NCBI GenBank assembly: GCA_021836035.1
Contig: JAKBJL010000004.1
Span: 131,841 to 195,840, forward strand
DNA length: 64,000 nucleotides
DNA from: a bacterium
GTDB lineage: Bacteria; Patescibacteriota; Microgenomatia; JAMCZE01
Direction of reading: 5' to 3'
The position numbers and the translations under genes are program-made. The notes under the pieces are model-generated. The model was not told the DNA's origin, did not search any database, and was given only the letters and a program-made list of their open reading frames with translations. Below, piece by piece: positions 38,377 to 48,237 of the stretch (the first letter of the stretch is position 1; every line of letters begins with the position of its first letter).

Positions 38377-40809
38377 TTACGGATAGTCGACAACAGACAT
38401 GTTAACCGCATCAGCGTCGATTGTCTTTCCAGAAGCTGATTTGCCCTCCGCTTTCACGACATGCTTTCCTGTAATCAAAGACCAAGAAACGGTGAACGGC
38501 TGGCTCGTTGTTGTTTGGTAAAACACACCATCAACATACCAGTCAACCTTTATAATATCGGCAGACGCATTGACCTTTAAGTCTAACGACTGGTTTTTGA
38601 CGAGTGTCGGAGCTGATTGATAAACCGCCTTGGATTCTGGTGATGTAACCGCCAAATAAGAGTTTTGCGATTGAGGGGTGCTTACTTGTCCGCACAGCGG
38701 CGAATAATCTTTAGGAATCGCAACTAAGTTGTTTTCCACGGCCCATTGGTAAACCTGGGGAGGATAATCCAGAAAGGTTTTTTCCATAACAGCCGACGGC
38801 GGACAACTATCTGTCGCCAATAAATCATTGCGGAGGTCCACTTTAACTGTCTTATAAATGTGGGAAATATTTTTAGGCTCTGTGCCTTCAATAAATAGCT
38901 CAGTTAGTCGATCGGTGCATAAATTATTCGGTAAAAGGCCATCCGCTTTGCAAATTTCAACTTCCTTCAGGCCCGGGGGACGGACAAAATTCTCAACCGT
39001 CTTTCCCTTGGCAAACTCTTCAAAAAATTGGTGCCAGATCGGTGCTGCCCCGGTAATTCCCGTTAATTGGGTCATTGGGTTGTTATCATTGTTTCCGACC
39101 CAAACACCGACAGAATATGAGGGAGTATATCCGACAGTCCAATTATCATGCCAATCGGTAGTCGTCCCGGTTTTAACTGCGGCCGGAAAAGATAACACCA
39201 GGGGATTTTTTTCGCCAAAACCTAAAATTCTGGCGTGGGGATCGGAAAGAATATTGGTAATCAGATAAGCTATTTGTTGGCTTTTTGCACCGAGCGCCGG
39301 CTTGGAATTAGGGATCTGGTGTTGATACAAAACCTTCCCGCCGTCATAGGTTATTTTTTCGATCGCGTATGGAGGCAAATAATTACCCCCACGAGAAAAG
39401 TCTGAGTAAACATTAGTTAAGTCTAACAGTGTTACTTCTCCGCCACCTAAGGTTAGCGCCAAGTCATATTTGGGATCTGGTGCTAAGGTAGTGATACCCA
39501 GGCTCGAAGCTGTATTAAGAAAACTTCCTATTCCGATTCGGTGAAACATTTCCACGGCGGGAAGGTTAAGTGATGAAGCTAAAGCTTCCCGGGCCAATAC
39601 TAATCCATGAAATTGGTTATCATAATTATTCGGGGCAAATCCTTCACCCTTATTAGTTTTGTAAACCGTACGCACGTCATAGATCAAGGTCGCTGGAGTA
39701 TATCCCTGCATAAAGGCGGTGGCATAAGTAATTGGTTTCAGGGCTGACCCTGGCTGGCGCGGGCTAGTAGTCAAATTGACTTGCCCGGCGTGCGTTGCGT
39801 CAAAATAATCTATCCCGCCCAACATTACTCTTATCGCACCCGTTTGATTTTCCAGCATAATAAGTGCCGCGTTGGACAGATTGTGATCGTCGCGTAGCTT
39901 GTTAACCCAATTACTGGCTATATCTTGGGCTAAAGAATAGTCTGGATAATCCAGGGTTGTGTAAACATTAATCCCCTGTTTTTGCTCCTTTATCCCGGTT
40001 TGTTCGATTTCTTGGCGAACATAATCTATAAAATGCGGGGCCTTAATCCGGTAACCGTCTCTGGACAGGATTATCGGTACGGATTTAGCAAGCGCTGCTT
40101 GATCGATGGTTATAAATTTATTCTTCACCATTAAATCCAATACCGTGGTCTGCCGTTGTTTTGCCTGTTCGAAATTCACATAAGGATTATTCCTGTCCGG
40201 GGAGGAAATCAGTCCGATCAAGAAAGCACTTTCGGCTAAAGAAAGATTATTAACGCTCTTATCAAAGTATGACAACGAGGCCGCTTGTATACCGTATGCC
40301 AAATTTCCAAAATACATTTGATTAAGATACGTTGTTAAGATAGATTTTTTAGAGTATAACGCCGTTAGCCTTAGGGCGATTATCATTTCCCGGATTTTAC
40401 GGACCACGCTTCTGGAGCTGGAAGACCGATCGGATATCACTAGCGCGCGTGCTAACTGCTGTGTAATTGTACTTGCCCCGCTGACGATCTTTTTTGCCTT
40501 AATATCTAAAAGCGCCGATCTTGCCATGGCCGGGATATCAATCCCCGAATTGGTCCAAAACGTGTTATCTTCAGAGGCAATTACGGCATTTTTTAAAGTG
40601 TCGGGGAGGTTATCATAGCTCACGGGGATTTTTCTCCCAATTCCCCCCGCTGATTCATAAAGTAAAATCCCGTTCCGGTCCCAAATTTTAACCGTTCCCG
40701 GGCTTTTTAGCTCCGGGTTAGTCCACCAGAAGGCAAGAACAAACAATCCGGCGAAGATAACTATCAGGACCTTAAAGCGAAGGCCGAAACTCTTCGGGTA
40801 AATCTTCAT
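38377..40809 (-). CDS. pbpC: class A penicillin-binding protein, PBP1C-like
   Basis: SEDNTF, GASTITQQLAR, RKIRE, YLNQ; SALK, SLN, KTGT; C-terminal Ig-like domain; directly upstream of A2M. Confidence 0.88.
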   Translation of the reverse strand: MKIYPKSFGLRFKVLIVIFAGLFVLAFWWTNPELKSPGTVKIWDRNGILLYESAGGIGRKIPVSYDNLPDTLKNAVIASEDNTFWTNSGIDIPAMARSALLDIKAKKIVSGASTITQQLARALVISDRSSSSRSVVRKIREMIIALRLTALYSKKSILTTYLNQMYFGNLAYGIQAASLSYFDKSVNNLSLAESAFLIGLISSPDRNNPYVNFEQAKQRQTTVLDLMVKNKFITIDQAALAKSVPIILSRDGYRIKAPHFIDYVRQEIEQTGIKEQKQGINVYTTLDYPDYSLAQDIASNWVNKLRDDHNLSNAALIMLENQTGAIRVMLGGIDYFDATHAGQVNLTTSPRQPGSALKPITYATAFMQGYTPATLIYDVRTVYKTNKGEGFAPNNYDNQFHGLVLAREALASSLNLPAVEMFHRIGIGSFLNTASSLGITTLAPDPKYDLALTLGGGEVTLLDLTNVYSDFSRGGNYLPPYAIEKITYDGGKVLYQHQIPNSKPALGAKSQQIAYLITNILSDPHARILGFGEKNPLVLSFPAAVKTGTTTDWHDNWTVGYTPSYSVGVWVGNNDNNPMTQLTGITGAAPIWHQFFEEFAKGKTVENFVRPPGLKEVEICKADGLLPNNLCTDRLTELFIEGTEPKNISHIYKTVKVDLRNDLLATDSCPPSAVMEKTFLDYPPQVYQWAVENNLVAIPKDYSPLCGQVSTPQSQNSYLAVTSPESKAVYQSAPTLVKNQSLDLKVNASADIIKVDWYVDGVFYQTTTSQPFTVSWSLITGKHVVKAEGKSASGKTIDADAVNMSVVDYP

Positions 40810-41334
40810 CAGTTAAATTTTATCAAAGAGTTCCTAAGCGAAATATCCGGAGAATTTCTCTCCTTTTTGTTTTATTTCTAAACGAGGCTAAAAACTGGAC
40901 AGCGAGGCAAAATTAAAGTGGCAAAAATAACGGATAATCTGCTGTTCTTTTGCTTGATCGTTTAGTCAGGATACTACTCACAACCCATTTATACTTTAAA
41001 TTCCAAATATAACCTCCACTTACGTAGACAAATTATCGAATGATTTTTCAGTTAACCCCTATTATCGTCTCGTTTTGTTTTTTAGGGGTTTCTAAAGCTA
41101 CTTCGGTTAAAATCGCTTCTGGGGGAACAATTATTTTATCTTCATAAAAAAGCGCCAAATCGTCCGTAGTCATATCTTATAACTTTTAATTCAGTCTCCA
41201 TACTAACCGTATCCGGTTTTCCGTCAAGCGGAAATGAAAAACCCTTTCTCCTTTACAATAAGCGCTTCTTTGCTATATTAGGGGGTAGAAAATCATTAAC
41301 AATTTATCTTGCCCCGGAAAGCCTGCCCGTTAAA

Positions 41335-43917
41335 ATGGGAAACATAAACTGGCACAATCTGGAGGCGGGGTATTTATTAAGTCATTTCTCTTCTTATTCA
41401 GAATTACTTAAAGAAAGTTTATTTTCTGTCTCTTCCCGTTATTTTTTCCTCTCCCCTTCTTTTCTACTTTTGATATCCATAGCGCTCTCCCTTCTTATCG
41501 TTATTCGCAGGCTTTTTATCCTAAAAAGATCGCTGAGTGAAGAACCGGTATTTCTGGAACTGACCCCGCCGGCCCTCACCGATAAAACCTCTTATACCAC
41601 CGCCCGGCTTTTCTCCGTCGTCCACGAACTGGGGAAGATTGGGTACCCGGGCGATAAGCTTTTAGGTAAAAAGACCGTTTTTTCTTTTGAAATCTCCTCC
41701 ACCCTTAAGCAGGGTATTCGCTATTTCATACGGACTACCCGGACCGAAGAAGATAACATCAAAAAAAGCCTTTTAGCCTACCTTCCCCAAATAAGCGTTA
41801 AAGAAGCGACTGATTACCTGCCGGGAAAGGCCGGCGGTTTATTTTGCCTAAAAGTACTTGAATTTAAACTCAACCGCCACTTTGCCTTTCCCCTTAAAAA
41901 ACAGAATGTTTTGGAAGAACACGATCCCCTCGCCTACATAACCGGCATGATGACCAAGCTCAAACCCGGGGAATTAGTCTCTTTCCAAATTGTCCTGTCT
42001 CCGGTTCAGCCAAAGGAAACAGAGACTATCTCCGACAAGATTCTTCACGGCGATGATGTATTTAAGTATCTGGAAAGAATACCTCTACCGTCGCTTTTTA
42101 AACCGCTAACCTATGGCTTATCGCTTTTGTCTAAACTGCTGCATCCTTTCGCTGCCCTACCAAAAAGAACCTATAACACCTTCGAACAACAGGCGGTAAA
42201 AAGCATTCAGGAGAAAATCGAACAACCGCTTTTTGAGACTTCGGTCAGATTATTGCTTATGGTAAAGAACAAAAATCAGATAAGGGAAAGAAAAAACGGT
42301 TTTGTTTCCTCCTTGGCCACTTTCTCTGTGCCTAAATATCAGGCTTTTAAGGCCAAATATAATCTTCTGCCCTGGATCCTGGACAAAATTAACCTTTTTA
42401 ACTTCCAAAAGAGACGGTTGTCTTGGCTTTTAAATTCCAGTCCCGTGTATCTTTCTTTAGCTGAGGTTTCCGACCTCTATCACTTTCCATTTAAGAGGGT
42501 CACCCAGACAGAAGACCTGGTAAAAGTGTATGCCAAAGACCTTCCCGCGCCGTTATCGTTGAAAAACACCAAGCTTGATTATGTTTTTGCTAAAAACAGC
42601 TTCGGAGGTACGGTTACCGATATCGGGCTAACAGACAAGGAGAGGGAAAAACACGTGTACATTATCGGCGCTACCGGCACCGGCAAGACCACGATGATTA
42701 TGTCCATGGCCAATAATGACTTGAAAAACGGTAAGGGACTGTGTGTTATTGACCCTCACGGCGACCTGGCTGAAAGTATTATCGCCTGTGTTCCGGATGA
42801 AAGAATTTCGGATTTTATCTACTTTAACCCGGACGATATCAAATATCCCATCGGGCTAAATCTCTTGGAACTGACTCCCGGACTGGATGAAGACGAGCTT
42901 TTAAGGGAAAAAGAGCTGATTACCGAAAGCGTGGTGTCCCTGTTTAGGAAAATCTTCTCCGAAGTCTGGTCTGCCCATGCCCATAGGATTGAATATATCT
43001 TAAGAAACACCATCCAGACAGCTTTGTGCCTGAAAGATCCGACCATCTTTACCGCCTACCGCCTTTTGACCGATCCGGAGTTTCAAAAATCGGCTATGCA
43101 TGATGTCACGGATGAAAATTTGAAAAACTTCTGGAAAAACGAGTTTGGCAAGGCCGGCGATTTCCAGAAAGTGAAAATGATCGGGCCAATTACTTCAAGA
43201 ATCGGACGTCTTCTATTTTCTCCATCTGCTAAAAGGATTTTGGAACAGCCCAGGTCAACGATTAACTTTGATGAGATCCTGGACAAGGGAAAAATCCTGG
43301 TTTGCAACTTGTCTAAAGGCCGCCTGGGAGAGGATACGTCAGAAGTTTTGGGAATTATGATTTTAACTAAAATCCAGCTGGCTTCTCTTAAGAGGGCACG
43401 GATCGATGAAGGGAAAAGAAGTCCTTATTACGTTTACGTTGACGAATTCCAAACCTTTGCCACCCCGTCTTTTATCCAGATGATATCTGAGTCGAGAAAA
43501 TACAAGGTTTACCTCGTCATGGCCGAGCAGTCCACTTCCCAGCAAAAAGACCGCAATATAACAAACGTCATAATCGCCAACGTCGGAACAGTCATAAGTT
43601 TTCGAAGCGCCAACCCGGAGGATGAAAAACTGATGCTTCCGCAGTTTGAACCGTATGTTGATAAGGGAGAAATTACCAATCTGCCATCCTTCAAGTTCTA
43701 CATGAAGATATCAGCCATTACTCCCCGGGAACCTTTCTCCGGGGAAACGATTTTAACTCCGGTAAATAAGGATAAAGACCGGTGTACGTCGCTTATCCAA
43801 TCCTCGCGCAATTTGTATGCCAAAGAATATCTCGCTCCGGTTGCAACCAAAGTTATTCCCAGAGCAAAAAAGCCCGGAAAAGAAGAAGTTTTTGAATCGA
43901 TAAGCGTCCTGACTTAA
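41335..43917 (+). CDS. VirD4/TraD-like type IV coupling ATPase
   Basis: TM, HVYIIGATGTGKT, VIDPHGDL, YVDEFQ, ESRKY. Confidence 0.88.
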   Translation: MGNINWHNLEAGYLLSHFSSYSELLKESLFSVSSRYFFLSPSFLLLISIALSLLIVIRRLFILKRSLSEEPVFLELTPPALTDKTSYTTARLFSVVHELGKIGYPGDKLLGKKTVFSFEISSTLKQGIRYFIRTTRTEEDNIKKSLLAYLPQISVKEATDYLPGKAGGLFCLKVLEFKLNRHFAFPLKKQNVLEEHDPLAYITGMMTKLKPGELVSFQIVLSPVQPKETETISDKILHGDDVFKYLERIPLPSLFKPLTYGLSLLSKLLHPFAALPKRTYNTFEQQAVKSIQEKIEQPLFETSVRLLLMVKNKNQIRERKNGFVSSLATFSVPKYQAFKAKYNLLPWILDKINLFNFQKRRLSWLLNSSPVYLSLAEVSDLYHFPFKRVTQTEDLVKVYAKDLPAPLSLKNTKLDYVFAKNSFGGTVTDIGLTDKEREKHVYIIGATGTGKTTMIMSMANNDLKNGKGLCVIDPHGDLAESIIACVPDERISDFIYFNPDDIKYPIGLNLLELTPGLDEDELLREKELITESVVSLFRKIFSEVWSAHAHRIEYILRNTIQTALCLKDPTIFTAYRLLTDPEFQKSAMHDVTDENLKNFWKNEFGKAGDFQKVKMIGPITSRIGRLLFSPSAKRILEQPRSTINFDEILDKGKILVCNLSKGRLGEDTSEVLGIMILTKIQLASLKRARIDEGKRSPYYVYVDEFQTFATPSFIQMISESRKYKVYLVMAEQSTSQQKDRNITNVIIANVGTVISFRSANPEDEKLMLPQFEPYVDKGEITNLPSFKFYMKISAITPREPFSGETILTPVNKDKDRCTSLIQSSRNLYAKEYLAPVATKVIPRAKKPGKEEVFESISVLT

Positions 43918-44052
43918 GTAATTTCAGTGTCAGACCTTTGACACCGGATCTAATTAAAATTGAGGCTAACCAGCTAAAAAGTCTTGTCTATATATTACTT
44001 ATACAAGTATAAGGAGAGAAACAATATAAAAGCTGTTAAGGAACAAAAAAAT

Positions 44053-44838
44053 ATGAAGACTCCCCCTAAACTAAATCCCAGACTTGAAGAGATCCTCCTT
44101 CTAATTTACCGATTCCGATTTCTAACTACTTCTCAAATTCAAATCCTTCTTAATCATAAATATCACAGCCGTGTCAATCTCTGGCTAAATCAATTAACCG
44201 CTAGAAATTATCTCAAGCGCTACTATAACTTAAAATTTGCCGGTGAGCCAGCTTTATACTCTTTGGGAACTGCCGGAAGAAAATATTTCAAAACCCACAA
44301 AGAAATTAACAGAATAAAATTGTCGCTTCTTGATAGGGTTTGGACGGAGTACCGTAATTCCTCCCAATTTAAGCGTAACTGCCTGTTGCTGGCTGATATT
44401 TATATCTCCCTTTTAAGTTTAGCTAATAAAGCAAAAGCCAAGCTGGGTTTTTATTCCAAAGTCGATCTTTTCGGCATGAAATTTATGGTTTTGCCCGAAC
44501 CATCGTGTTATTTTTCCCTGGAAGACCAAAACGGCGTAACCAAACGCTATTTTCTGGATATCTTTGACTACTTTGTTCCCAAAGACCTTTTTAAACGGAT
44601 TAAAAAATACCTCTACTACTTTGAAAAACGCTACTGGCAGGACCATACCGACAAAACCTTCCCGGAGATAATCCTGGTCTGTCCCAATAAAGCGGCAAGA
44701 ACTTATCTGGAGAAAACCATCAGGGGCAACCTTGAAGATAAAGATTATTCCCTAACATTTTACTTGGCCTTGACAGAAGATATTCAGCAAAAAGGATTAA
44801 ACAGACAGGTATTACAAAAAGTAGAAATTCAATATTAA
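44053..44838 (+). CDS. replication-relaxation (Replic_Relax) family protein
   Basis: wHTH start LLLIYRFRFLTTSQIQ, YSLGTAG, RYFLDI, FPEIILVCP; follows the coupling protein; ATG 44053 preferred. Confidence 0.75.
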   Translation: MKTPPKLNPRLEEILLLIYRFRFLTTSQIQILLNHKYHSRVNLWLNQLTARNYLKRYYNLKFAGEPALYSLGTAGRKYFKTHKEINRIKLSLLDRVWTEYRNSSQFKRNCLLLADIYISLLSLANKAKAKLGFYSKVDLFGMKFMVLPEPSCYFSLEDQNGVTKRYFLDIFDYFVPKDLFKRIKKYLYYFEKRYWQDHTDKTFPEIILVCPNKAARTYLEKTIRGNLEDKDYSLTFYLALTEDIQQKGLNRQVLQKVEIQY

Positions 44839-44875
44839 ATGAAATAGTGGCAGTAAAAATTGATACAATTTAGAT

Positions 44876-45733
44876 ATGAATTGGATAATTGCCAGCTTAG
44901 TAATGTTCGTTTCCTCGGTAGTGATGTATTTGTTTATCCGTAAATCGGCTTTACTAAAACTTCCTTCTCAATATAACAACCTCGCAATGTTTGGGATACC
45001 ATTATTCGTCTTTATTACCATAGGGTTGTTTTCAAAACAAAATTTCATAATTCCTTTTAACTATCTTCTCGCTATCTTTATAATTTCTATATTATTTAGT
45101 TATCTTGGAAACGTATTTTCTTTAATTAGTATCGAACGGTCTCCCAATCCTGGTTACAGCTTAGTAATCTCAAAAAGCTATGTAGTATTTACGACCATAC
45201 TTTCCGTTTTGTTCTTCAATTCCGAGTTGTCCATCAAGAAAGGGATCGCAATACTTCTTATCGTCGTATTTTCTGCACTCATAATGTTGTCGCAAAAATC
45301 TATAAAAAAAGTCTCTAACAATAGGTGGCTGTTCCTTGCTTTTGGAGCGTTTTTTTGCTGGGGCTTCTTATCTTTAGCCTCTAAATATATGTTTAACTTA
45401 GGGGTTGGGCTTTACGTATTTTTGTCTTATACCTACCTTTTCGTAAGTATTTGTATATTAATTGAAATGCATATTAAGAAAATGTCCCTCAAGTCATTTG
45501 TAAAGAATCCTTGGCAATTTTTATTAATCGGTCTTGCCTCGATTGGGTTCAATCTTTTTCTTTTCTTGGCAATAAAGCTGGCTCCAAATGTTGGATATGT
45601 TAATGCAATTAACGCTGGCTCAATTTCCGCGGTAACGGTACTAGCGATTTTATTATTTAAAGATGAATTTTCACTACGAAAGCTTGTTGGTGTAATTGGG
45701 GTTACAGCCGGACTTTTGATGCTGTTAATTTAG
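44876..45733 (+). CDS. EamA/DMT-family transporter
   Basis: About 10 TMs in two repeats (SPNPGY / APNVGY). Confidence 0.88.
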   Translation: MNWIIASLVMFVSSVVMYLFIRKSALLKLPSQYNNLAMFGIPLFVFITIGLFSKQNFIIPFNYLLAIFIISILFSYLGNVFSLISIERSPNPGYSLVISKSYVVFTTILSVLFFNSELSIKKGIAILLIVVFSALIMLSQKSIKKVSNNRWLFLAFGAFFCWGFLSLASKYMFNLGVGLYVFLSYTYLFVSICILIEMHIKKMSLKSFVKNPWQFLLIGLASIGFNLFLFLAIKLAPNVGYVNAINAGSISAVTVLAILLFKDEFSLRKLVGVIGVTAGLLMLLI

Positions 45734-45799
45734 ACCAAAAAACCGCAAGCGAGAGGGGTTAGTCTCCCGCCTGCGGTTGAAAACTCACTTGCTCATGAT
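45729..45799. repeat. direct repeat copy 1 (DUF2958 3' end plus terminator)
   Basis: TTTAGACCAAAAAACCGCA...CCTGCGGTT...CTCACTTGCTCATGAT, repeated at 47494-47563. Confidence 0.8.
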
Positions 45800-45897
45800 T
45801 TTGTTAATCGACAAATTTCAATGCATGGCTCTATCTTATGCAAGATATTTGTTTTACTTTTATAGTAAAGCCAGGAAATTTATTGATTCTTTTAGTA

Positions 45898-45925
45898 TTG
45901 ACAATATATCATATTATGATATAAT
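45898..45925 (+). promoter_or_regulatory. sigma70 promoter with overlapping palindromic operator
   Basis: TTGACA-N16-TATAAT; TATATCATA-T-TATGATATA palindrome; ATG 6 nt later. Confidence 0.75.
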
Positions 45926-45931
45926 CAGCAT

Positions 45932-46714
45932 ATGAAAAGAACTTTACTTACATCCCGGGATTCAGCTATTCTTGAGGAAGCTTTGGCTAAATTCGGGAAT
46001 ATTGTGACAACCCGCGATCTTTACAGCATCCTTAAAGACGCCTCAAAAGCTCAAGCTTTAAATATCATTAGCAGGTTAGCCAAAAGAGGCTGGTTAGTTC
46101 GTATAAAGCACGGTACTTATAGTATTGCAGATTTAACTTCGCGGGGTTATTTAGATGCTTCACAGTTGGTAGTTGCCCAAACAATTTGTAGCAATTCCTA
46201 TGTGACTATGGAGGCGGCGCTCGGTTATCACGGTATGTTTGACCAGTTATTAAGTACCATAACCTCAGTTTCTCTTGCTCAAATACGAACAACTAATTCC
46301 GGCAGCAGCAACTACCATTATATCTCGACGCAAAATCACTTCTTTTACGGTTTTGACGAGGTAACTATCGAAGGAAAACAAGTAAAAATTGCCACAATTG
46401 AAAAAGCCCTCATCGATCTTATTCAGTTTAATCGATCAATATACTCGGTCGATTTAGTTATCGAAAAAATGCAAACTTATAAAGATAAAATAAATTTCAA
46501 TCGGCTGGCGAGCTATTTAGAAAAATCCACAACCGCAACTACGCGTATATTCGGGTATATTTTTGATCTGCTTGGGATAAAAAGTTCCAGTCTTGATAAT
46601 ATAGTCAAAGAAGATACAAGTACGACATATCTTTCCAAAGACAGCGGGGTGTATCAGGCGAAATGGAGGTTATATATAGATAAATATTTTGACAAATATT
46701 CACAAAGTGCATGA
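45932..46714 (+). CDS. type IV TA antitoxin, AbiEi family
   Basis: wHTH (LAKRGWLVRIKHGTY), SYVTMEAALGYHG, ATIEKALID. Confidence 0.88.
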   Translation: MKRTLLTSRDSAILEEALAKFGNIVTTRDLYSILKDASKAQALNIISRLAKRGWLVRIKHGTYSIADLTSRGYLDASQLVVAQTICSNSYVTMEAALGYHGMFDQLLSTITSVSLAQIRTTNSGSSNYHYISTQNHFFYGFDEVTIEGKQVKIATIEKALIDLIQFNRSIYSVDLVIEKMQTYKDKINFNRLASYLEKSTTATTRIFGYIFDLLGIKSSSLDNIVKEDTSTTYLSKDSGVYQAKWRLYIDKYFDKYSQSA

Positions 46715-47475
46715 ATACCACTGTTCTTAGCCGGCAACAGTTAACGATAATTAACAGGAAAACATTAAGATACCCGCTTCATATTGCGGAAAAGGATTAT
46801 TTTCTAGCTTTTGTCATGCAGATTATTTCCAGATCAACTTTAGGGCAAAGTTTGGTGTTTAAAGGTGGCACCGCTTTACACCACTGTTTTTTAAATCAAT
46901 ATCGCTTCTCCGAAGACCTGGATTTTTCCGCTAATAGGTCTCCGGTATCACTTGATCGGGTGCGGACAATGTTTGCCGGAGTTGATTGCTTAACTATTAA
47001 AAAAGACTATCTGTCAAATGCCACAATTAAAATTGAAAAACTGCAGTACACTGGACCATTAATTCAACCCAATTCCCTTAAAGTAGAAATTGATTTTCTT
47101 CAGGATGTACTTTTACCTTCGAAATCCATGAAATATCAAAATGTTTGGGGAATTGATTTTAAAGTCAATGCTATGGACCAAAAAGAAATTTGCGCCGAAA
47201 AAATACGCGCCATGAGCGACCGTGCCCGCTATCGTGATTTTTATGATTTATACCTCCTTTTCGAAAAATACCAACCTGATATACATGAAATAATAGAGTA
47301 TGTTAAACAAAAAGAAATCAGGCGTCCCATTACCAAAGAAAATATTATTAATAACTGGAAAGTTGTTAACTCTCAAAAAGTGCAAGAAATGAGCCGGATT
47401 TATTTCTCAAAAGATGTAGCTGATACACGGATAAAAGCAATGATTGATATGCTTCCGTTCACAACAATAGACTAA
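46711..47475 (+). CDS. AbiEii-family nucleotidyltransferase toxin
   Basis: EKDY, FKGGTAL, RFSEDLDF, AEKIRA, RDFYDL. Confidence 0.92.
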   Translation: MNTTVLSRQQLTIINRKTLRYPLHIAEKDYFLAFVMQIISRSTLGQSLVFKGGTALHHCFLNQYRFSEDLDFSANRSPVSLDRVRTMFAGVDCLTIKKDYLSNATIKIEKLQYTGPLIQPNSLKVEIDFLQDVLLPSKSMKYQNVWGIDFKVNAMDQKEICAEKIRAMSDRARYRDFYDLYLLFEKYQPDIHEIIEYVKQKEIRRPITKENIINNWKVVNSQKVQEMSRIYFSKDVADTRIKAMIDMLPFTTID

Positions 47476-47493
47476 AAATTTGAAAGATAAAAC

Positions 47494-47563
47494 TTTAGAC
47501 CAAAAAACCGCAGGCAAGAGTTGTCAGTTCCCACCTGCGGTTATAAGCTCACTTGCTCATGAT
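47494..47563. repeat. direct repeat copy 2, including the DUF2958 terminator
   Basis: AACCGCAGG/CCTGCGGTT stem with a T run on the minus strand. Confidence 0.8.
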
Positions 47564-47842
47564 CTCTGACAAGTGACAAGGCTTGAAATAGCGATCCCGT
47601 TCCACCGGCAATCCCAGCTTGCCCCGGTTGGAAGTAAGTTCGCTTAGGCTAAAGTAGCCCAGCTCCTTCTCAAACCCATCGACCAATCCGAAGAACTGGT
47701 CACGGCCATCAAACTCAATGGCGTACCAGGTCCAGGAAAAGTCCGGATAGAAGAACTTACAAATTATCATGGGATCTTTAACTTCCTCCTGGGAATAAAG
47801 CGGGGGCAGTTTTTCCAGAATATCTTTAGTCAAAAGCTGCAT
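47549..47842 (-). CDS. DUF2958-family protein
   Basis: LPPLYSQE, KFF-P---WTWY, FFGLVDG, ELGYFSLSEL, VERD; SD GGAGGTGA before ATG 47842. Confidence 0.85.
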   Translation of the reverse strand: MQLLTKDILEKLPPLYSQEEVKDPMIICKFFYPDFSWTWYAIEFDGRDQFFGLVDGFEKELGYFSLSELTSNRGKLGLPVERDRYFKPCHLSEIMSK

Positions 47843-47875
47843 CTTTATCACCTCCAATCTAAAAAATACGGATAG

Positions 47876-48088
47876 GAACTTTGTCCTGTCCGTTAAATTG
47901 GGGGCATGGGGTGAAAAGCGGGTGTCAAAAGTCGAAGCAAAGCGAGAGGATTTTAACGCCTGTCAGAAAAATGCCAACATCAGTAATAAGTCTTATTAAA
48001 ACCGCATTTTTCTACAGGCTTAAATACCCACCTTTTGACAGCCGGTTTGAACCCCATAAAATAAGAAGACAAGGACAGGACAAAGTTC
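47876..48088. promoter_or_regulatory. long imperfect inverted repeat; candidate single-stranded (Frpo-like) promoter
   Basis: 16-bp perfect base stem, TGTCAAAAG/CTTTTGACA and AGAAAAATGC/GCATTTTTCT pairings; TTGACA-N16-TAAAAT on the right arm. Confidence 0.65.
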
Positions 48089-48194
48089 TAAAAGGGTTTA
48101 GGAATACTTTATCCCTAAGATAATAAAAACATTTATATAATCGATTCCACTTTTGCCGGCATTCCTCTTGACAGGGACACAAAAATAATCTTTT

Positions 48195-48233
48195 ATGTAC
48201 TAAATATCTTAAATATTAAGATGTATAGTACAT
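48195..48233. promoter_or_regulatory. candidate AbiEi operator
   Basis: 18-bp inverted repeat (16/18 paired) with 3-nt spacer just before the antitoxin start. Confidence 0.7.
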
Positions 48234-48237
48234 TTAT

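Noticed and set aside
41048-41173. 41-aa minus-strand ORF upstream of the coupling protein gene
   Set aside because: No SD or motif support; cannot be separated from chance
47881-48123. 80-aa ORF
   Set aside because: Coincides with the long hairpin; TTG start and no protein motifs
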